DNA of 64,000 nt from Phallusia mammillata (Eukaryota): assembly GCA_965637545.1 (NCBI GenBank), contig OZ281501.1, forward strand, positions 15,128,001 through 15,192,000. The letters run 5' to 3'. The notes beneath the pieces were generated by a model. It was not told the origin of the DNA and did no database searches. It worked only from the letters and a program-made list of their open reading frames with translations. Every line of letters starts with the position of its first letter. Within the stretch, counting starts at the first letter, position 1. A program made the position numbers and the translations under genes. Below, in pieces: positions 40,151-51,790 of this stretch.

Positions 40151-40765
40151 GTAATGTGTTGTTAGGATTACGGTGTATTTTGGTGAAATCCATTTTGTAG
40201 TTTCATTATTTTACCGCGGTGTTAGCAGAATAGGTACAGCCTAGCAGAAAATAAATAATTACGACAGAATTGTGCACGAAAAACGTATTGCAAACAAAGT
40301 TTGTCCCCCAAATCATTTCCCACACAAAAACACGCGAGCGAGTCAACAATCCTTTCGTAGTCCCAATCATTTCCGCTCTCACAAAACATGACCTTCAAAC
40401 TTCAAAGCACCTTGACATTGCAAGCAAGGTCAAACCCAAATTAGGCCCCAAGATTTACTTTCGAACTGTGGGTAACCGCGTTTCTGTGTGATTGTCAACA
40501 AGACGTTTTAATTTCCTCGCTGAAAGGATTCTTGAAAGCTAAATGCCGCATTCGCGAAGCATTTCAGCAAAACACAACGTGAACTTGGGACATTTTGTCT
40601 ACAATCGAAGCAAAACCACTTTTTTGTCTCGAAAGTTTACATTCTCTCAGCAAACCGGTGTGATGGCCTTATGTTGCAATACGGTAAATAATTTTATGCG
40701 AATAAATTAGCCCTCAATATAGCTTCAAAATTGATGTTTAACCTGTAGTGACCTTTTCGTTGCAG

Positions 40766-40998
40766 ACTTTGCCTTAAGTGTACGTTGCTTGGCAACCCGA
40801 AGCCAACAGTCACGTGGGAAAAGGATGGCGAGCTGGTGGATGAAGAGCGAACCAACGGTCACATACAGACGCGTAACGATGGCAACGATTATTTCCTGGA
40901 GATCGAGGAAAGTTGTACAGACGATGCGGGAAAATACACGGTCACTGCCAGAAATTCACTGGGAAAGCAGACGGCTTCGGTGGAGGTTACTATTACTG
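40766..40998 (+). CDS. MYLK: Exon 7, Ig3 (LCLKCTLLGNPKPTVTWEKDG...DAGKYTVTARNSLG)
   Basis: ttgcag| acceptor, G|gtaagt donor. Confidence 0.94.
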
Positions 40999-41308
40999 GT
41001 AAGTGTTGCTTGTTCAACAAAAGATAGCAACAGTTTTTGGCTACTGGTTTGTGAAAACGCGTGTTTCAGGTCTTGGGATTTCTGGCAGCGTGCTATCATT
41101 AATGTTTTTTAGGCAAGAAAGTCTTGACAGACACTGTGATTAATACATATTTCATCCCAAAGCAGTTTTCTTTTAAAATGATTAAGCCGATTTTGTGTCC
41201 TGTTTAAACTGACCTAAGGCATTCTTATACTTGTCTAAAGTTAACTTTAAACTGTGAACTGATCAACTGCTTGTTTGACATTTTATTACACATATGTTTT
41301 CTTAACAG

Positions 41309-41746
41309 GAGGATCCCCTAGCGTAAAGACGACTAAGGGCAAATCTTCTCCTGCAACCAACAATAAGAGCAACCACGTGGCCAACGACAATGCAACACAT
41401 GACGCGACACCCAACAGCAACAAAAACATTAGCTCCACAGCGCAACCTGGCGACGAAAACGTACGACCAGCGCGAATCGGCGAGCTCATCCTTCCGTCGA
41501 ACGCTAAACCGGATGACAGCAAGGATTCTCCCACCGGATCAATTTCGTCGACTATGTCGTCACACTCTCGCATATCTACGTCATCTTCACGGTCCAATGC
41601 GTCGGTTAAACAAGAGCAAGAGGCGGCGGAAAAGGAGGAACACACTGCTCCTGCGAGCTCCTACACCAGGAGCAGCAGAAGTTGGAGACGTAGTTACGTT
41701 GCACCAACTTTCACAAGGAGATTGTCGAGTACACAAGTATTGGAGG
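41309..41746 (+). CDS. MYLK: Exon 8, long Ser/Thr/Asn-rich linker and start of Ig4
   Basis: ttaacag| acceptor, G|gtaggt donor; ends APTFTRRLSSTQVLE. Confidence 0.9.
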
Positions 41747-42124
41747 GTAGGTGAAATACAATTAAACACTTTAGTAACTTGACTTAAATGTTTTGTGGGG
41801 AAAGGCTGTGTTAGATATTTTTGCCTATATAATTGTTTAAAACTACATGAATAATAAAGGATTTTCGACACTTTAGCTCCTTTTGAAATGGGAACTTTAA
41901 TGTTTAAAAAAGAATATTTAGGAACACTATACTATGAATTGAATAGTAATTTATTCAAAAACATGCACTTGTGTACATATAGTGTTGTCACCTGCACTGA
42001 TAATGACAACACAAGATTCAGCCGCGATTTTGCCTGCTTGATTTAACTACTATATGGAATCACTAATTCATTCTTAACCCCTCCTACAAAAATTAATAAA
42101 CAAACATTTTTCTTCTTTACCAAG

Positions 42125-42358
42125 GCGAGGAACTGCTCCTCCAGTGTGAAGTATCTGGAGAACCGGAGCCGGAACTAAGATGGATGAGGAACGGAATAGA
42201 GGTTGGCATTGATGAGGACGAGGTCTTCACATCATTCAGGAACGGCATAGCTAGATTGAGACTGAGAGACTTGCAGGCTACCCATGCTGGAGAATATATC
42301 TGTAAAGCAAGAAACGAAGCTGGGGTTATTCAATGCAGCAGTCGTGTGACTGTAAAAG
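42125..42358 (+). CDS. MYLK: Exon 9, Ig4 (GEELLLQCEVSGEPEPELRW...HAGEYICKARNEAG)
   Basis: accaag| acceptor, G|gtgggt donor. Confidence 0.93.
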
Positions 42359-42589
42359 GTGGGTGTATAAAAATAACCTAATTCTGCGTTTTGAGTGTAG
42401 AAACGAAAACCTGTTGGGATTAATTTTAACATACGCTTCGGTAACGTTTTTCTTTGGTAATGAGTATTCAAAAGTTGAAAAAAACAAAAAAAATCCTTGC
42501 TTTAGTTTTTGAATTTGAGGATAATGAAACTCATAAAATATGCAATTAAGCACAAATTTCACAAAAAAATGCTGCTTTGATATATCTAG

Positions 42590-42770
42590 TGAAACCGGTG
42601 GTGACCCGTCCTCGCTTCTTGAGAGCCCTTTCTGACGTCAGAGTAACGGAGGGAGATACCCTAACGTTGGAGGCTGAGGTAGATGGAAGTCCAACTCCTG
42701 AAATATTGTGGTCTTTGGATGGCGAGGAAATATCCAATGCCGAGTGCTCGTTCAACAAAAGCATTGCTAA
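42590..42770 (+). CDS. MYLK: Exon 10, Ig5 N-part
   Basis: atctag| acceptor, AA|gtaagt donor; PRFLRALSDVRVTEGD...PTPEILW. Confidence 0.93.
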
Positions 42771-43155
42771 GTAAGTTTGAGACTGATTAGCCAGCAAAAA
42801 TACATAAACCTTATTGTACTCTCTTCTTTTTCGCAATACTAATTGTAATGTGTCTGATTGTAATGTTGTGTGAGTTTCGTCCGAATCCCTAAACACAAAC
42901 GAAGGTGTTCAGGTAGCACAAGGTTGTTAGTATTCAGTCCTGCAGTCTTTGACACCTTTATGCATAAATCACAGTACCCCTGGCCTATTAGAAGCGTTAC
43001 CACAAGGTGATTGGCTTGAGCTCTGTTAATTACATTTTTAATCAAGTTACGATTATAGGACACGACTGTTATGCCATGGCTGGTGTCACAAATAGTCCTG
43101 TAAGACTTCCATTCAACATTCTTTGCTTGGTTAACTGAGTTTTGTTTTGTTTCAG

Positions 43156-43259
43156 ACTTACTGTTTACAATGTGACACATGCACGCAGTGGCCAGTACAT
43201 GTGTAACGCACTGAACTCTGGCGGTGAAGACTCGGTCGCCTGCAGAGTCCGAGTAAAAG
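43156..43259 (+). CDS. MYLK: Exon 11, Ig5 C-part (LTVYNVTHARSGQYMCNALNSGG)
   Basis: tttcag| acceptor, G|gtgagt donor; not in ORF track. Confidence 0.92.
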
Positions 43260-43414
43260 GTGAGTACAACTCGCACCGACTCCGCAAATATGCATCCAAA
43301 TGCAATACTGAATTTTAAAAATCGAAAATTTATTTGTGCAAGCACATTTTTGTGTCATTGATATTGATATTGGACATTGCTGAAAAACTCGAACGGTAAT
43401 ATTTTATTTTGCAG

Positions 43415-43551
43415 CCAAGAAAACTGACATTACTCCGGAGTTCACCGCCCCCTTGTCTGACGTAAAAGCAGTGGAGAACGATGACGTATGCTTACGTTGC
43501 ATGGTAACCGGAATTCCAGAACCTTCTGTGAAGTGGATGTACAACGAAGAG
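43415..43551 (+). CDS. MYLK: Exon 12, Ig6 N-half
   Basis: ttgcag| acceptor, GAG|gtatat donor; PEFTAPLSDV...CMVTGIPEPSVKW. Confidence 0.92.
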
Positions 43552-43647
43552 GTATATACGTTTTATTGCTATATTAAACCGGCCAATACAATTATGTTTG
43601 TTATTTCTCGAGTTTTAAGAGCTTTCAATCAATAGTATTCTAATTTT

Positions 43648-43788
43648 AATTGTGAAAATAACGGCCCAAATAGACGTAAAAAGCGACTTGCTTCATTTTT
43701 TAAACGTTTTGGCAAATGCTCATGTCATCATTTGGGCCGTTATTTTCACCATTTAACTTATGAACAGATCCGTATTTAGTGTTCCAAA
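43648..43788. mobile_element. Same repeat family, inverted arrangement, truncated hammerhead on minus strand
   Basis: GAAAATAACGGCCCAAATAGACGTAAAAAG...GGCAAATGCTCATGTCATCA-TTTGGGCCGTTATTTTC...GAACAGATCCGTATTTAGTGTTCCAAA. Confidence 0.75.
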
Positions 43789-43985
43789 TTATTCTAACTG
43801 TTTTCGTAAAAATGTAGCACTAAAAGAAATACTAGTTTTAACAACAACAAATTAAAAAGCTGGACATTTGTTGTCTGTTGTAGGGCCATTTTAACAAACT
43901 GTCCTATACTTTGCAAACAGGCAAAAAAACTAATAACATCTAGTCCAATTTTGGACATGGTTTGTAATTTTATTTATCTATTCAG

Positions 43986-44142
43986 CTTTTGGAGCCGGAG
44001 GAAGGAGTTGAAATTAGTTACCATGACGGAGTAGCTGCTTTGACATTGGAACAAGCCACAGACGAAGATACTGGAACTTACACTTGTGTGGCTGTAAATA
44101 GCGAAGGACAAGCAAAAACTTCCTGCCAAGTATCTGTTACTG
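43986..44142 (+). CDS. MYLK: Exon 13, Ig6 C-half (LLEPEEGVEISYHDGVAAL...DTGTYTCVAVNSEG)
   Basis: attcag| acceptor, G|gtaagc donor. Confidence 0.93.
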
Positions 44143-44567
44143 GTAAGCAATAACGTTTTGTAGAAAATGAATTTCTTAAAGGCCTTTGGTATAGAGTTTT
44201 ACATATTTTTTTATTATTTTTTTGCATTTTTTGTCCTAATCTATACAATTATGATCAGGATAAGTCATATAAATAAGCTGTTGTTTTAAAAATGTTTAAA
44301 AAATGCAACGTCGCAACGTCGGTTACTTACAACAAAAATCTACTGGAACGGCAATTGTGAGGACTAACTTTGTGTTTGAAATTCAAACTTCGAATTTTTG
44401 AAATATTGAACAATTATGACATTACTAGAAATACAACAATAGAAACAAAAATCATTTGCACTGTAATTTGCTAAAATGCCACTTTCTGAAACAAAAACTT
44501 GGACAAAAAAACACACAAAAAAACAAAAACACCTTAACTATTGTTAACTCTGCTTGAAAACATTTAG

Positions 44568-44758
44568 CTGCAAAGAAACCAGAGAAGAAAGCTGCTCCGA
44601 GTTCACCACCCAAGTTCACCACCCTGTTTGACGAGTACCTTCGTACACAAGAGGGCGACACACTCACCTTGGAATGCACGATTTCAGGAAGCCCTCTTCC
44701 ATCCGTGAAGTGGACCGCCAACGATCAACCGCTGGAGGAAGCCACGAGTGAAGTTAAT
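44568..44758 (+). CDS. MYLK: Exon 14, Ig7 N-half
   Basis: atttag| acceptor, AAT|gtaagt donor; PPKFTTL...LECTISGSPLPSVKW. Confidence 0.92.
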
Positions 44759-45124
44759 GTAAGTATCTAAAACGACAGTTAGTTGTTGCTTTACTATCAC
44801 TTTTGCAAAGGAGAAAATGAGACGTAGCTGCACAAGACACGGCCTTAAATAGTAGCTTTACTAAAAACAAACAAAATTGCCAGCGATGTAGAATAAATTA
44901 TTGATTGCACTATTCATTTTTCACTGAAGAAACGATTGTTTTTGTCGAAACATTTGCCAAATAAAATGTCTACGTTTTGTTCAACATCTCTGGCAATTGG
45001 TTATTAGCATTATTAAACGTGAATGAAAAACTAGTTAACGTTTATTATTTTGCCATCATATGTACTCTTGATTTTGCTAAAGTTAAAATTTGGACAAAAA
45101 CGTGTTTTTTGTTTTTCTGCTCAG

Positions 45125-45242
45125 GGTGACAAGGTACAATTGGTGATAAATCCTGTTACGTCATCGCACAGTGGTCACGTGAAATGTACAATCCAGAATT
45201 CAGCGGGTACTGCATCCCATGAGGCGAGGATATATGTCCGTT
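45125..45242 (+). CDS. MYLK: Exon 15, Ig7 C-half (GDKVQLVINPVTSSHSGHVKCTIQNSAG)
   Basis: gctcag| acceptor, T|gtaagt donor. Confidence 0.92.
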
Positions 45243-45526
45243 GTAAGTAAAGTGTAACAATGTTAAAGTTAAGCCATATGTAAAAACAAAACAATGCGAG
45301 GTAATATTAACATGCGAACACAATCTTATTTGTCGCTTTTATTTGCTAGTATCAGTATTAGTGGAATCGACAACCTTGGTCAAAAACTTTGGCCATGTAT
45401 ATCAGGCAATACAATAACTTTTTTTCTTTATTACGGGATTCAAACCCAGGACGCTCCCGGGGACGAATCCCGATCAAGGTTTTTAATGTCGATATGTGAG
45501 TCCAATAACTTAGTTGTATTTTTCAG

Positions 45527-45700
45527 CAAAACGAGTGGCACCATCTTTTGACACTGATCTTCCATCAACTATCGAAGTCCAAGAAGGAGCTGAAGCATCG
45601 TTTGAATGTCGGGTCACAGGTCATCCGCAGCCACGCGTGACCTGGACACGTGACGGACGGTCGCTGAGTATTCTGACAACAGAAACAACATACGAAGATG
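45527..45700 (+). CDS. MYLK: Exon 16, Ig8 N-part
   Basis: tttcag| acceptor, G|gtaata donor; APSFDTDL...FECRVTGHPQPRVTWTRDG. Confidence 0.93.
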
Positions 45701-45702
45701 GT

Positions 45703-46050
45703 AATATGGTTAACCATAAATGTGATTTCTAAAAAATTAAAATACTGTGGTTCTCAAAATTGTGATTAACCATAAAATTGTGGAAAACTATGAGAACGTT
45801 GAATATGGTTAACCAGATACTATGGTTCTCAAAAATATGTCAACCATTAGGATATGGTACTTGTGGTGGACGATTAGCTTATGGTTCTGGCAAATATGAT
45901 TTTTATAAAAATCTGGTTTTAAAGATTATGCTAAACCTTCAGAATACGGTTTTAGAAATATGGTCAACCATTCGAATGTGGTTCTCAAATTTTTGACTGA
46001 CAATATTGATATGGCTTTTAAAGCATAGTTAACCATAATGTTATGGTTCG
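45703..46050. repeat. Degenerate repeat array of ATGGTTAACCAT / GTGGTTCTCAAA motifs filling intron 16
   Basis: About ten alternating copies visible. Confidence 0.7.
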
Positions 46051-46120
46051 TGTAAACAAAGGCGGGGTCAAAAGACAGAACTGTGGCAAACATCTTGTCA
46101 ATAAGATCTTTTTACACCAG

Positions 46121-46334
46121 GTGTCGCTGCTGTTCGTATTCGCAAAGCTGGTCCAAGAGAAGGTGGCAAGTACATCTGCACTGCTCGAAATTTGTCTGGC
46201 GAATCGCAGTCGATCTGCACCGTTATCGTGAGTCAGCAAAAAAAGGAGGAAACTCCTAAAAAACCAACGAAGTCAGCACCAAGTTTCACTAAACAACTCG
46301 GCGATATGACACTTGAGGACGGACAGGATTTGAA
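46121..46334 (+). CDS. MYLK: Exon 17, Ig8 C-part and start of Ig9
   Basis: caccag| acceptor, AA|gtaggt donor; GGKYICTARNLSG...APSFTKQLGDM. Confidence 0.92.
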
Positions 46335-46693
46335 GTAGGTTCATTAATGTTATAAGATTTAATGTTTAGACACATCGTTTCGCAAAACAGTTTTATAAAC
46401 AAATAGTGTTTGCTGAGTTATGTTTGTTAAAGATAAAGAACCTTTCTGAAACACAAGCTTACTAAAATAGCAACTTGATATCCAAAATTGTATTTGCTAT
46501 GCGTTTGCTATTTGTTATCCGTTTGTTGCTTTATCTCTTTTACTAACTACTTTCTTTTAAAGTAATTTGAATTATCTAATATGTTTTCAGTTTTTAGATA
46601 GTTATGATACTGCTGACACGTTTATTGCCTGAAGATTAAAAACATATTTTGCAAATATAATACCCACATCTAAGTTTTTTTTTGTCTTTTTAG

Positions 46694-46908
46694 GTTGATC
46701 TGCAACGTCACTGGCACGCCGACCCCCGAAATCACGTGGTTTTTGGATGGACTTCCGCTAGAGGCAGAAGACGGAGATGCAACTTTCAGTGATGGAGTAG
46801 CGATGATGGTGTTGGAAGATGTGATGCAGGATGACTCAGGAAAATACAAGTGTGTTGCAACCAACAGTGCCGGATCAGTCGAAACTTCATGCAAAGTGAC
46901 AGTTAAGG
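46694..46908 (+). CDS. MYLK: Exon 18, Ig9 (LICNVTGTPTPEITW...DSGKYKCVATNSAG)
   Basis: ttttag| acceptor, G|gtacgt donor. Confidence 0.94.
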
Positions 46909-47147
46909 GTACGTACAAAGATTTTATGTTGTCTTTGTTAATTTGTGTTTGCATACATACAACATTTTTTTGAAACACGTATTGCAACGGTAAAGCTTTG
47001 CACATTCTTTTTTGCATCGCAAAACCAGCAAGTACAAAGTGAGATTAATTATTGAGTGCCGTTAAATCAAGGTTTCTTATTTCTGTCACGTTATAACCGT
47101 TGCGTGTTTTGGCAACATAAAGATTTTTCCACACACACTGGTATTGT

Positions 47148-47202
47148 TTGTGGTTTCACTGAATATGACTCAATTGTTGTGGTTTCACTGAATATGACTC
47201 AA
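47148..47202. repeat. Tandem duplication, 29-bp period (TTGTGGTTTCACTGAATATGACTCAA)
   Basis: Copies at 47148 and 47177. Confidence 0.9.
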
Positions 47203-47416
47203 AATCGTTTACTTAGAAAGCGCTTTGTTTGTTGGAGATCTCATAGTCAACTATAGATGTGATCTCAAAAGAATAGTAAATCAGTGCTTTTGCCTGAGAA
47301 AACGATTGTGACATAACATATCATAATAATATATATTGACCAATTAGCCGATAGAAGCTGTATTGCTGTTTACATACATTACATAAACAAACAAGTTAAT
47401 CAAGTAGTCTAACCAG

Positions 47417-47550
47417 GACCAGCAAAGAAAGAACCAGAAAAACCAAAAGATACGGACCCGTCTTTTCCTATCGTGCTTGAAGATAAGACGATCAAGGAAG
47501 GCGATGATATTGTGCTCAAATGCAAAGTGATAGGCCAGCCAAGACCAAAG
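47417..47550 (+). CDS. MYLK: Exon 19, Ig10 N-part
   Basis: ctaaccag| acceptor without pyrimidine tract, AAG|gtagat donor; DPSFPIVLEDK...LKCKVIGQPRPK. Confidence 0.88.
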
Positions 47551-48015
47551 GTAGATAACTTAAGTGTATTCGGGGCGATTTATTAAATCAGTTGTCACGG
47601 AGTACAAGTAGGTGTTTGTGAAATTGACAAATCTTGTTGTGTGTCAAACTGTAATCTATTTACGACTTCTTAACTGAATGTGGTAAGTGACCTAAAATTG
47701 TGTGGATTAATTTGTTGAGTTTATTTGTTGATAAAACAGGTAAAAATCGTGATAAACCTGTCAATTCAACATTGATGTATTCTTGGTTTTAGACTAGAGC
47801 AACTACAGTTACTAATAGTAAGCTTTCTTCAATATAAATTTTCCCACAAACAAACATTTGACCCAAATTTGTTAATCTTATCCAAACACAAAGGTACATG
47901 TCTTAATTTAATACTAGTAATCACATTCTTCACGCCGGCGTTTCACATTCGTTTCAAACCAGCTAATGACCAAACTGTGGCTCTAATTTTACTTTTTTGA
48001 AACCAATTGCTTTAG

Positions 48016-48190
48016 ATCACATGGCTTTTGGACGGAGAGGAAATTCTAGATGCTGAACTTAAGTATGAAGAAGACGGTAACATCGAATTGCTTTTACCAG
48101 AAGCTTTGCCCGAGGATGAAGGCGTCTACACTTGTATTGCTGAGAACCCACTCAAGCGTGTCATGAGCTCATGCACAGTGACCATTGAAG
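48016..48190 (+). CDS. MYLK: Exon 20, Ig10 C-part (ITWLLDG...ALPEDEGVYTCIAEN)
   Basis: ctttag| acceptor, G|gtttgt donor. Confidence 0.93.
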
Positions 48191-48530
48191 GTTTGTTTCT
48201 CGAAACTGAAACATTGTTGTCGTATAATTAGGATAAGTACAGTTAATTTTTAACTGTAGAATTTTGGGGTATTTCAATACGTATGATTTTTGACTTCATG
48301 CGTTTTGTTGGGTAAAGAAGAAGAGTTTATCTATCTTTCTGTAGTTGTAGGAGTTAATGTGGTAGTTATTTTTTGCACTATACGTTTTTCGTATTATGAC
48401 AAGTCCTAATGTGTTGAGTTTCTTTCCTAAGAAAAATTAACAGCTCACCTTTAAATGTTTTGTTTTACGAAATGGTAATTGTTGTGCCAACATTTTTCCC
48501 CTTTTAACAGTAAATACTTTTGATCTTTAG

Positions 48531-48596
48531 CGCCACCAAAACAACCCAAAAAGAAAAGCGCACCAGCGCCGAAACAAGACGAACCAGTCGCAAAAC
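48531..48596 (+). CDS. MYLK: Exon 21, Pro/Lys-rich linker (APPKQPKKKSAPAPKQDEPVAK)
   Basis: ctttag| acceptor, C|gtaagt donor, 66-nt symmetric phase 1-1 exon. Confidence 0.82.
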
Positions 48597-48666
48597 GTAA
48601 GTAAAACCCCAAAACAAACGTCTTCTAAGGTTTTGTTTGGTCTGACTTTGATTTTTAAACTTTCAG

Positions 48667-48789
48667 CTGTTGACGTTTCGCCAGCTAAAAAGACGGGATC
48701 TCAAGTCAAGCCAGCATTTATTGACGGTTTGACCGACGTTACTGTAGCCGATGGAAGCACCAGCTTTAAACTTTCCTGCAAAGTTGAAG
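48667..48789 (+). CDS. MYLK: Exon 22, Ig11 N-part (KPAFIDGLTDVTVADG...LSCKVE)
   Basis: tttcag| acceptor, G|gttaat donor. Confidence 0.9.
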
Positions 48790-49022
48790 GTTAATAAGAC
48801 GTTGTAATTTTTGCTGTAAGTTGTTTCTCCAAAGAGGAAACAAAGTAAAGCGTTTTGCATGGGTTACGTGAAAATATGAAACCTTTTATAAACTGTTTAA
48901 TACGCTAAGTTTCAAAACAATTAGCCGCACCAACATTCTAAAAGAGGTAATTTGTTTCGACCTAATTAAAATAAACTTCCAGAAATTGCGCAAGAAAGTC
49001 TCCAGCTGTTATCAGCAACATT

Positions 49023-49123
49023 CTGTAAACCTCAATTAATCCGGACCCGTTTTGGACCAAACAATTTGTCTAGATTAAGGGAATATTCGGATTAACCCAA
49101 TCCGATTTAACCGAGGTTTACTG
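49023..49123. mobile_element. Small Tc1/mariner (pogo/Tigger-like) MITE, degenerate
   Basis: Left CTGTAAACCTCAATTAATCCGGA vs right TCCGATTTAACCGAGGTTTACTG followed by TA. Confidence 0.6.
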
Positions 49124-49286
49124 TATTTGGAAGATAATTGTCGATTTATGGGTAGATGATATTTTATCACTTTGATTTTAATAGTATAATTAAATAGGAT
49201 TCAATTATCTATAACATAACTCAAATCTTATCATATTGGCAATATTTTACATGTCACTTTGCAACGTTTTAATTTTTTAATTTTAG

Positions 49287-49484
49287 GAAAACCATCTCCA
49301 GTTGCTCGTTGGTTCTTTGATGGCGAGGAAAAAGAAAACAATGAGGACTTTCGGATCGTTTCATCTGGTGATGACAGGACCTTGATATTTACCGAAGTCT
49401 TCCCAGAAGATTCTGGAACCTACAGCTGTGTTATCAGCAACAGTGCCGGTGAAGCTACGTCCAAATGTAAAATCACCGTGGAAG
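49287..49484 (+). CDS. MYLK: Exon 23, Ig11 C-part (EVFPEDSGTYSCVISNSAGE)
   Basis: ttttag| acceptor, G|gttcgt donor. Confidence 0.93.
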
Positions 49485-49904
49485 GTTCGTTTTTTTTTCG
49501 TGTTTTTTTGTACAAGCTGTGATATTTCAATTATTAATTGTGCTCATTTTGGACTAAATTCCCTTCCATGCCTTGCGTAATAGTGCATTTTATGCAGATA
49601 TTAAAGAACTTGTTTGCTATGACTTGTTTCGCATAGAACGTTTTCGATTGATAATAAACTTGTGTTTTTAGTAAATTACTTTTTTGGTACCAACTAATTT
49701 TAGGTGGGCTCTTTACACATTTATCTTTTTGCAATTGCGGTCGAACACAAAGATGATTGCGCAATAGGCGTTGTACACTTTTATTTCAACGTTTGTGTTA
49801 ACATTAATTAATGTAACACTCTAAAAAGCCATTGAGTTTACAAAAACATTTCCCCAAACATAACAAGCATTATGAAGAAAAAAGTTTTTGTTTTATTTTC
49901 ACAG

Positions 49905-50031
49905 AGATTGATGGCGAAGCACCGTCATTCATTATGAAACCAAAACCAGTGAATGTGAATGGTGGAGAGAAGGCTATTTTCAGCTGTCGTGTGGACGGTG
50001 ACCCATCACCATCAGTTCAATGGCTATTCTG
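49905..50031 (+). CDS. MYLK: Exon 24, Ig12 N-part (APSFIMKPKPV...CRVDGDPSPSVQW)
   Basis: tcacag| acceptor, TG|gttagc donor. Confidence 0.92.
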
Positions 50032-50214
50032 GTTAGCAAATTTCACCATTGTATTTGTTAACTTGTGTTAAAGTTCATACATAATTTATGAATACAACCA
50101 TTTTCTAGTTGCTTGTGTTGATGTATTTCTGAAATCAAAATTGCGTGGGCCAAATGTATGTCTGTTTTTATATGTCTAACCATTTTATTTTCATTTTTTA
50201 AATTTAACCTTTAG

Positions 50215-50343
50215 CAACCGTCCAATCCAAGATCTTGACCGCATCCATATATCCGAAGCCAACCAATCAAATAATTACACGCATTCGTTGGAAATTCCAA
50301 TTGTGTCGCCTCAGGACGCTGGGAGATATTCTGCTTGTTGCAG
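50215..50343 (+). CDS. MYLK: Exon 25, Ig12 middle (NRPIQDLDRIHI...PQDAGRYSACC)
   Basis: ctttag| acceptor, AG|gtatgt donor. Confidence 0.9.
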
Positions 50344-50655
50344 GTATGTGCTTGAACATGTCAAGTTTTGGATTAAATTTTTGATTGTTCCCATGATATT
50401 AATACTGCTACCAGTTTGTATATACATGTGGAGACCCATTCGTTTCTGCTTCAAAAACTAATTAGGTCATTAAATGCCAGAAACGAGGTTAAGACCCAAA
50501 TTTAACCAACAAATATAAAGTTTGAATTTTGTCAACAGAATATACTGTTTAGAAATTGGCGAAACCCTTTTCTTGCAGTGTATTTATATTTTAAAATGCA
50601 ACTCTGGGCATTTTCAACTCAACTGTTCATTAACCTTAACAATACTGAATCACAG

Positions 50656-50794
50656 GAACCTGCTTGGTGACGTCACATGCACAGTTTCGCTGATCGTGAG
50701 CGACGCCAAGCGACAGGATGCCTGTACAGATTTTCGGGGTGTTCTGAAGAAAACAAAATCACCAACGTCACCCAAAGCGACTTCGGAGGAGCAG
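50656..50794 (+). CDS. MYLK: Exon 26, end of Ig12 and first DFRxxL repeat (DFRGVL)
   Basis: tcacag| acceptor, weak CAG|gttcga donor; EEQ|VDFRSVL junction resembles vertebrate QQVDFRSVL. Confidence 0.88.
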
Positions 50795-51790
50795 GTTCGA
50801 TAACCGACCTTTGTTAAAACCCAAATGTTTGAATTTGTCTCCAGTTTTATACTAATTTAAAGATACACATAGAAAAAAAGAATATATGCCAGTTTGAATT
50901 TTTAATGTCATCCTTGTTCTAAAATGCCCTTTTACATCCGTGGGTAGGTTTGGTTGAACTTTTGACATATTCGTTGGGCATTGAGTTACATTTTCAGCGT
51001 TTGAATAAGGATTTAGAGCAGTCAGTGTTCAATGTATTTCTTTATAGGTTAATACAACTATAGGTCACAATGCAGCTAATTTTGAATGCTAGTGTAAATA
51101 GAGCGTGCAATGCGTCAGCCAACGAAGTAGATATAAAATACAGAAACCCAGTTTCCCTAATAGAAAGATCGTAAACAATGGCTTAATACACACGTTTTAG
51201 TTTATGATGATGCTATAGCATCTAAGCCCAAGAACAGAGATTGTGATACATTACAATGCGGAAACATCTTACTGCTGCAAAACTGCGCTTTCTCACTTCG
51301 CTGTGCCTTGTTACGTCACAAACGTGCTCTTCGCGATGTTGGAAATATGCCGGAAGTGTGTAAAGCAGTCTGAATGGGCTAGAAGGCGTTGAAAGAGGTG
51401 GTAGTTAGGTTAAGTGAATCAGTGGTATTAATAGCATAGACGCAAACGAGTTATTCATTAGTATTGGAGGGATAACAGCACCTTGTAGACTTAGGTACAC
51501 CTTACAGTTAGGTATAGTATGCTTCAAAGTTCTACGAAATATAATAAAATGATTGTTGGGTGTGTTGTTTGTTTGGGAAAAGAACAGTCAGTGAAAGCCT
51601 GTGAAGATTGATAATAACATTTCATACAAATGTTTGTTTCCATCCAGATAACAAGGTTTTATTGATAATACAGTCTACATTAAAAGGTTTTTTTTCAATT
51701 TGTGGTTTCAATTTGTGCATTACAAAAGTGTCTACATAAGTAGAAACCATGTCACAGTCAGCACCAGGCTAGTACCATCAGCTACACAAA

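Noticed and set aside
41286-41871. Overlapping ORFs on the minus strand and alternate frames
   Set aside because: Shadows of GC-rich MYLK exon 8.
45430-45472. tRNA B-box-like GGTTTGAATCCCG on minus strand
   Set aside because: No A-box or cloverleaf; at most a SINE scrap.
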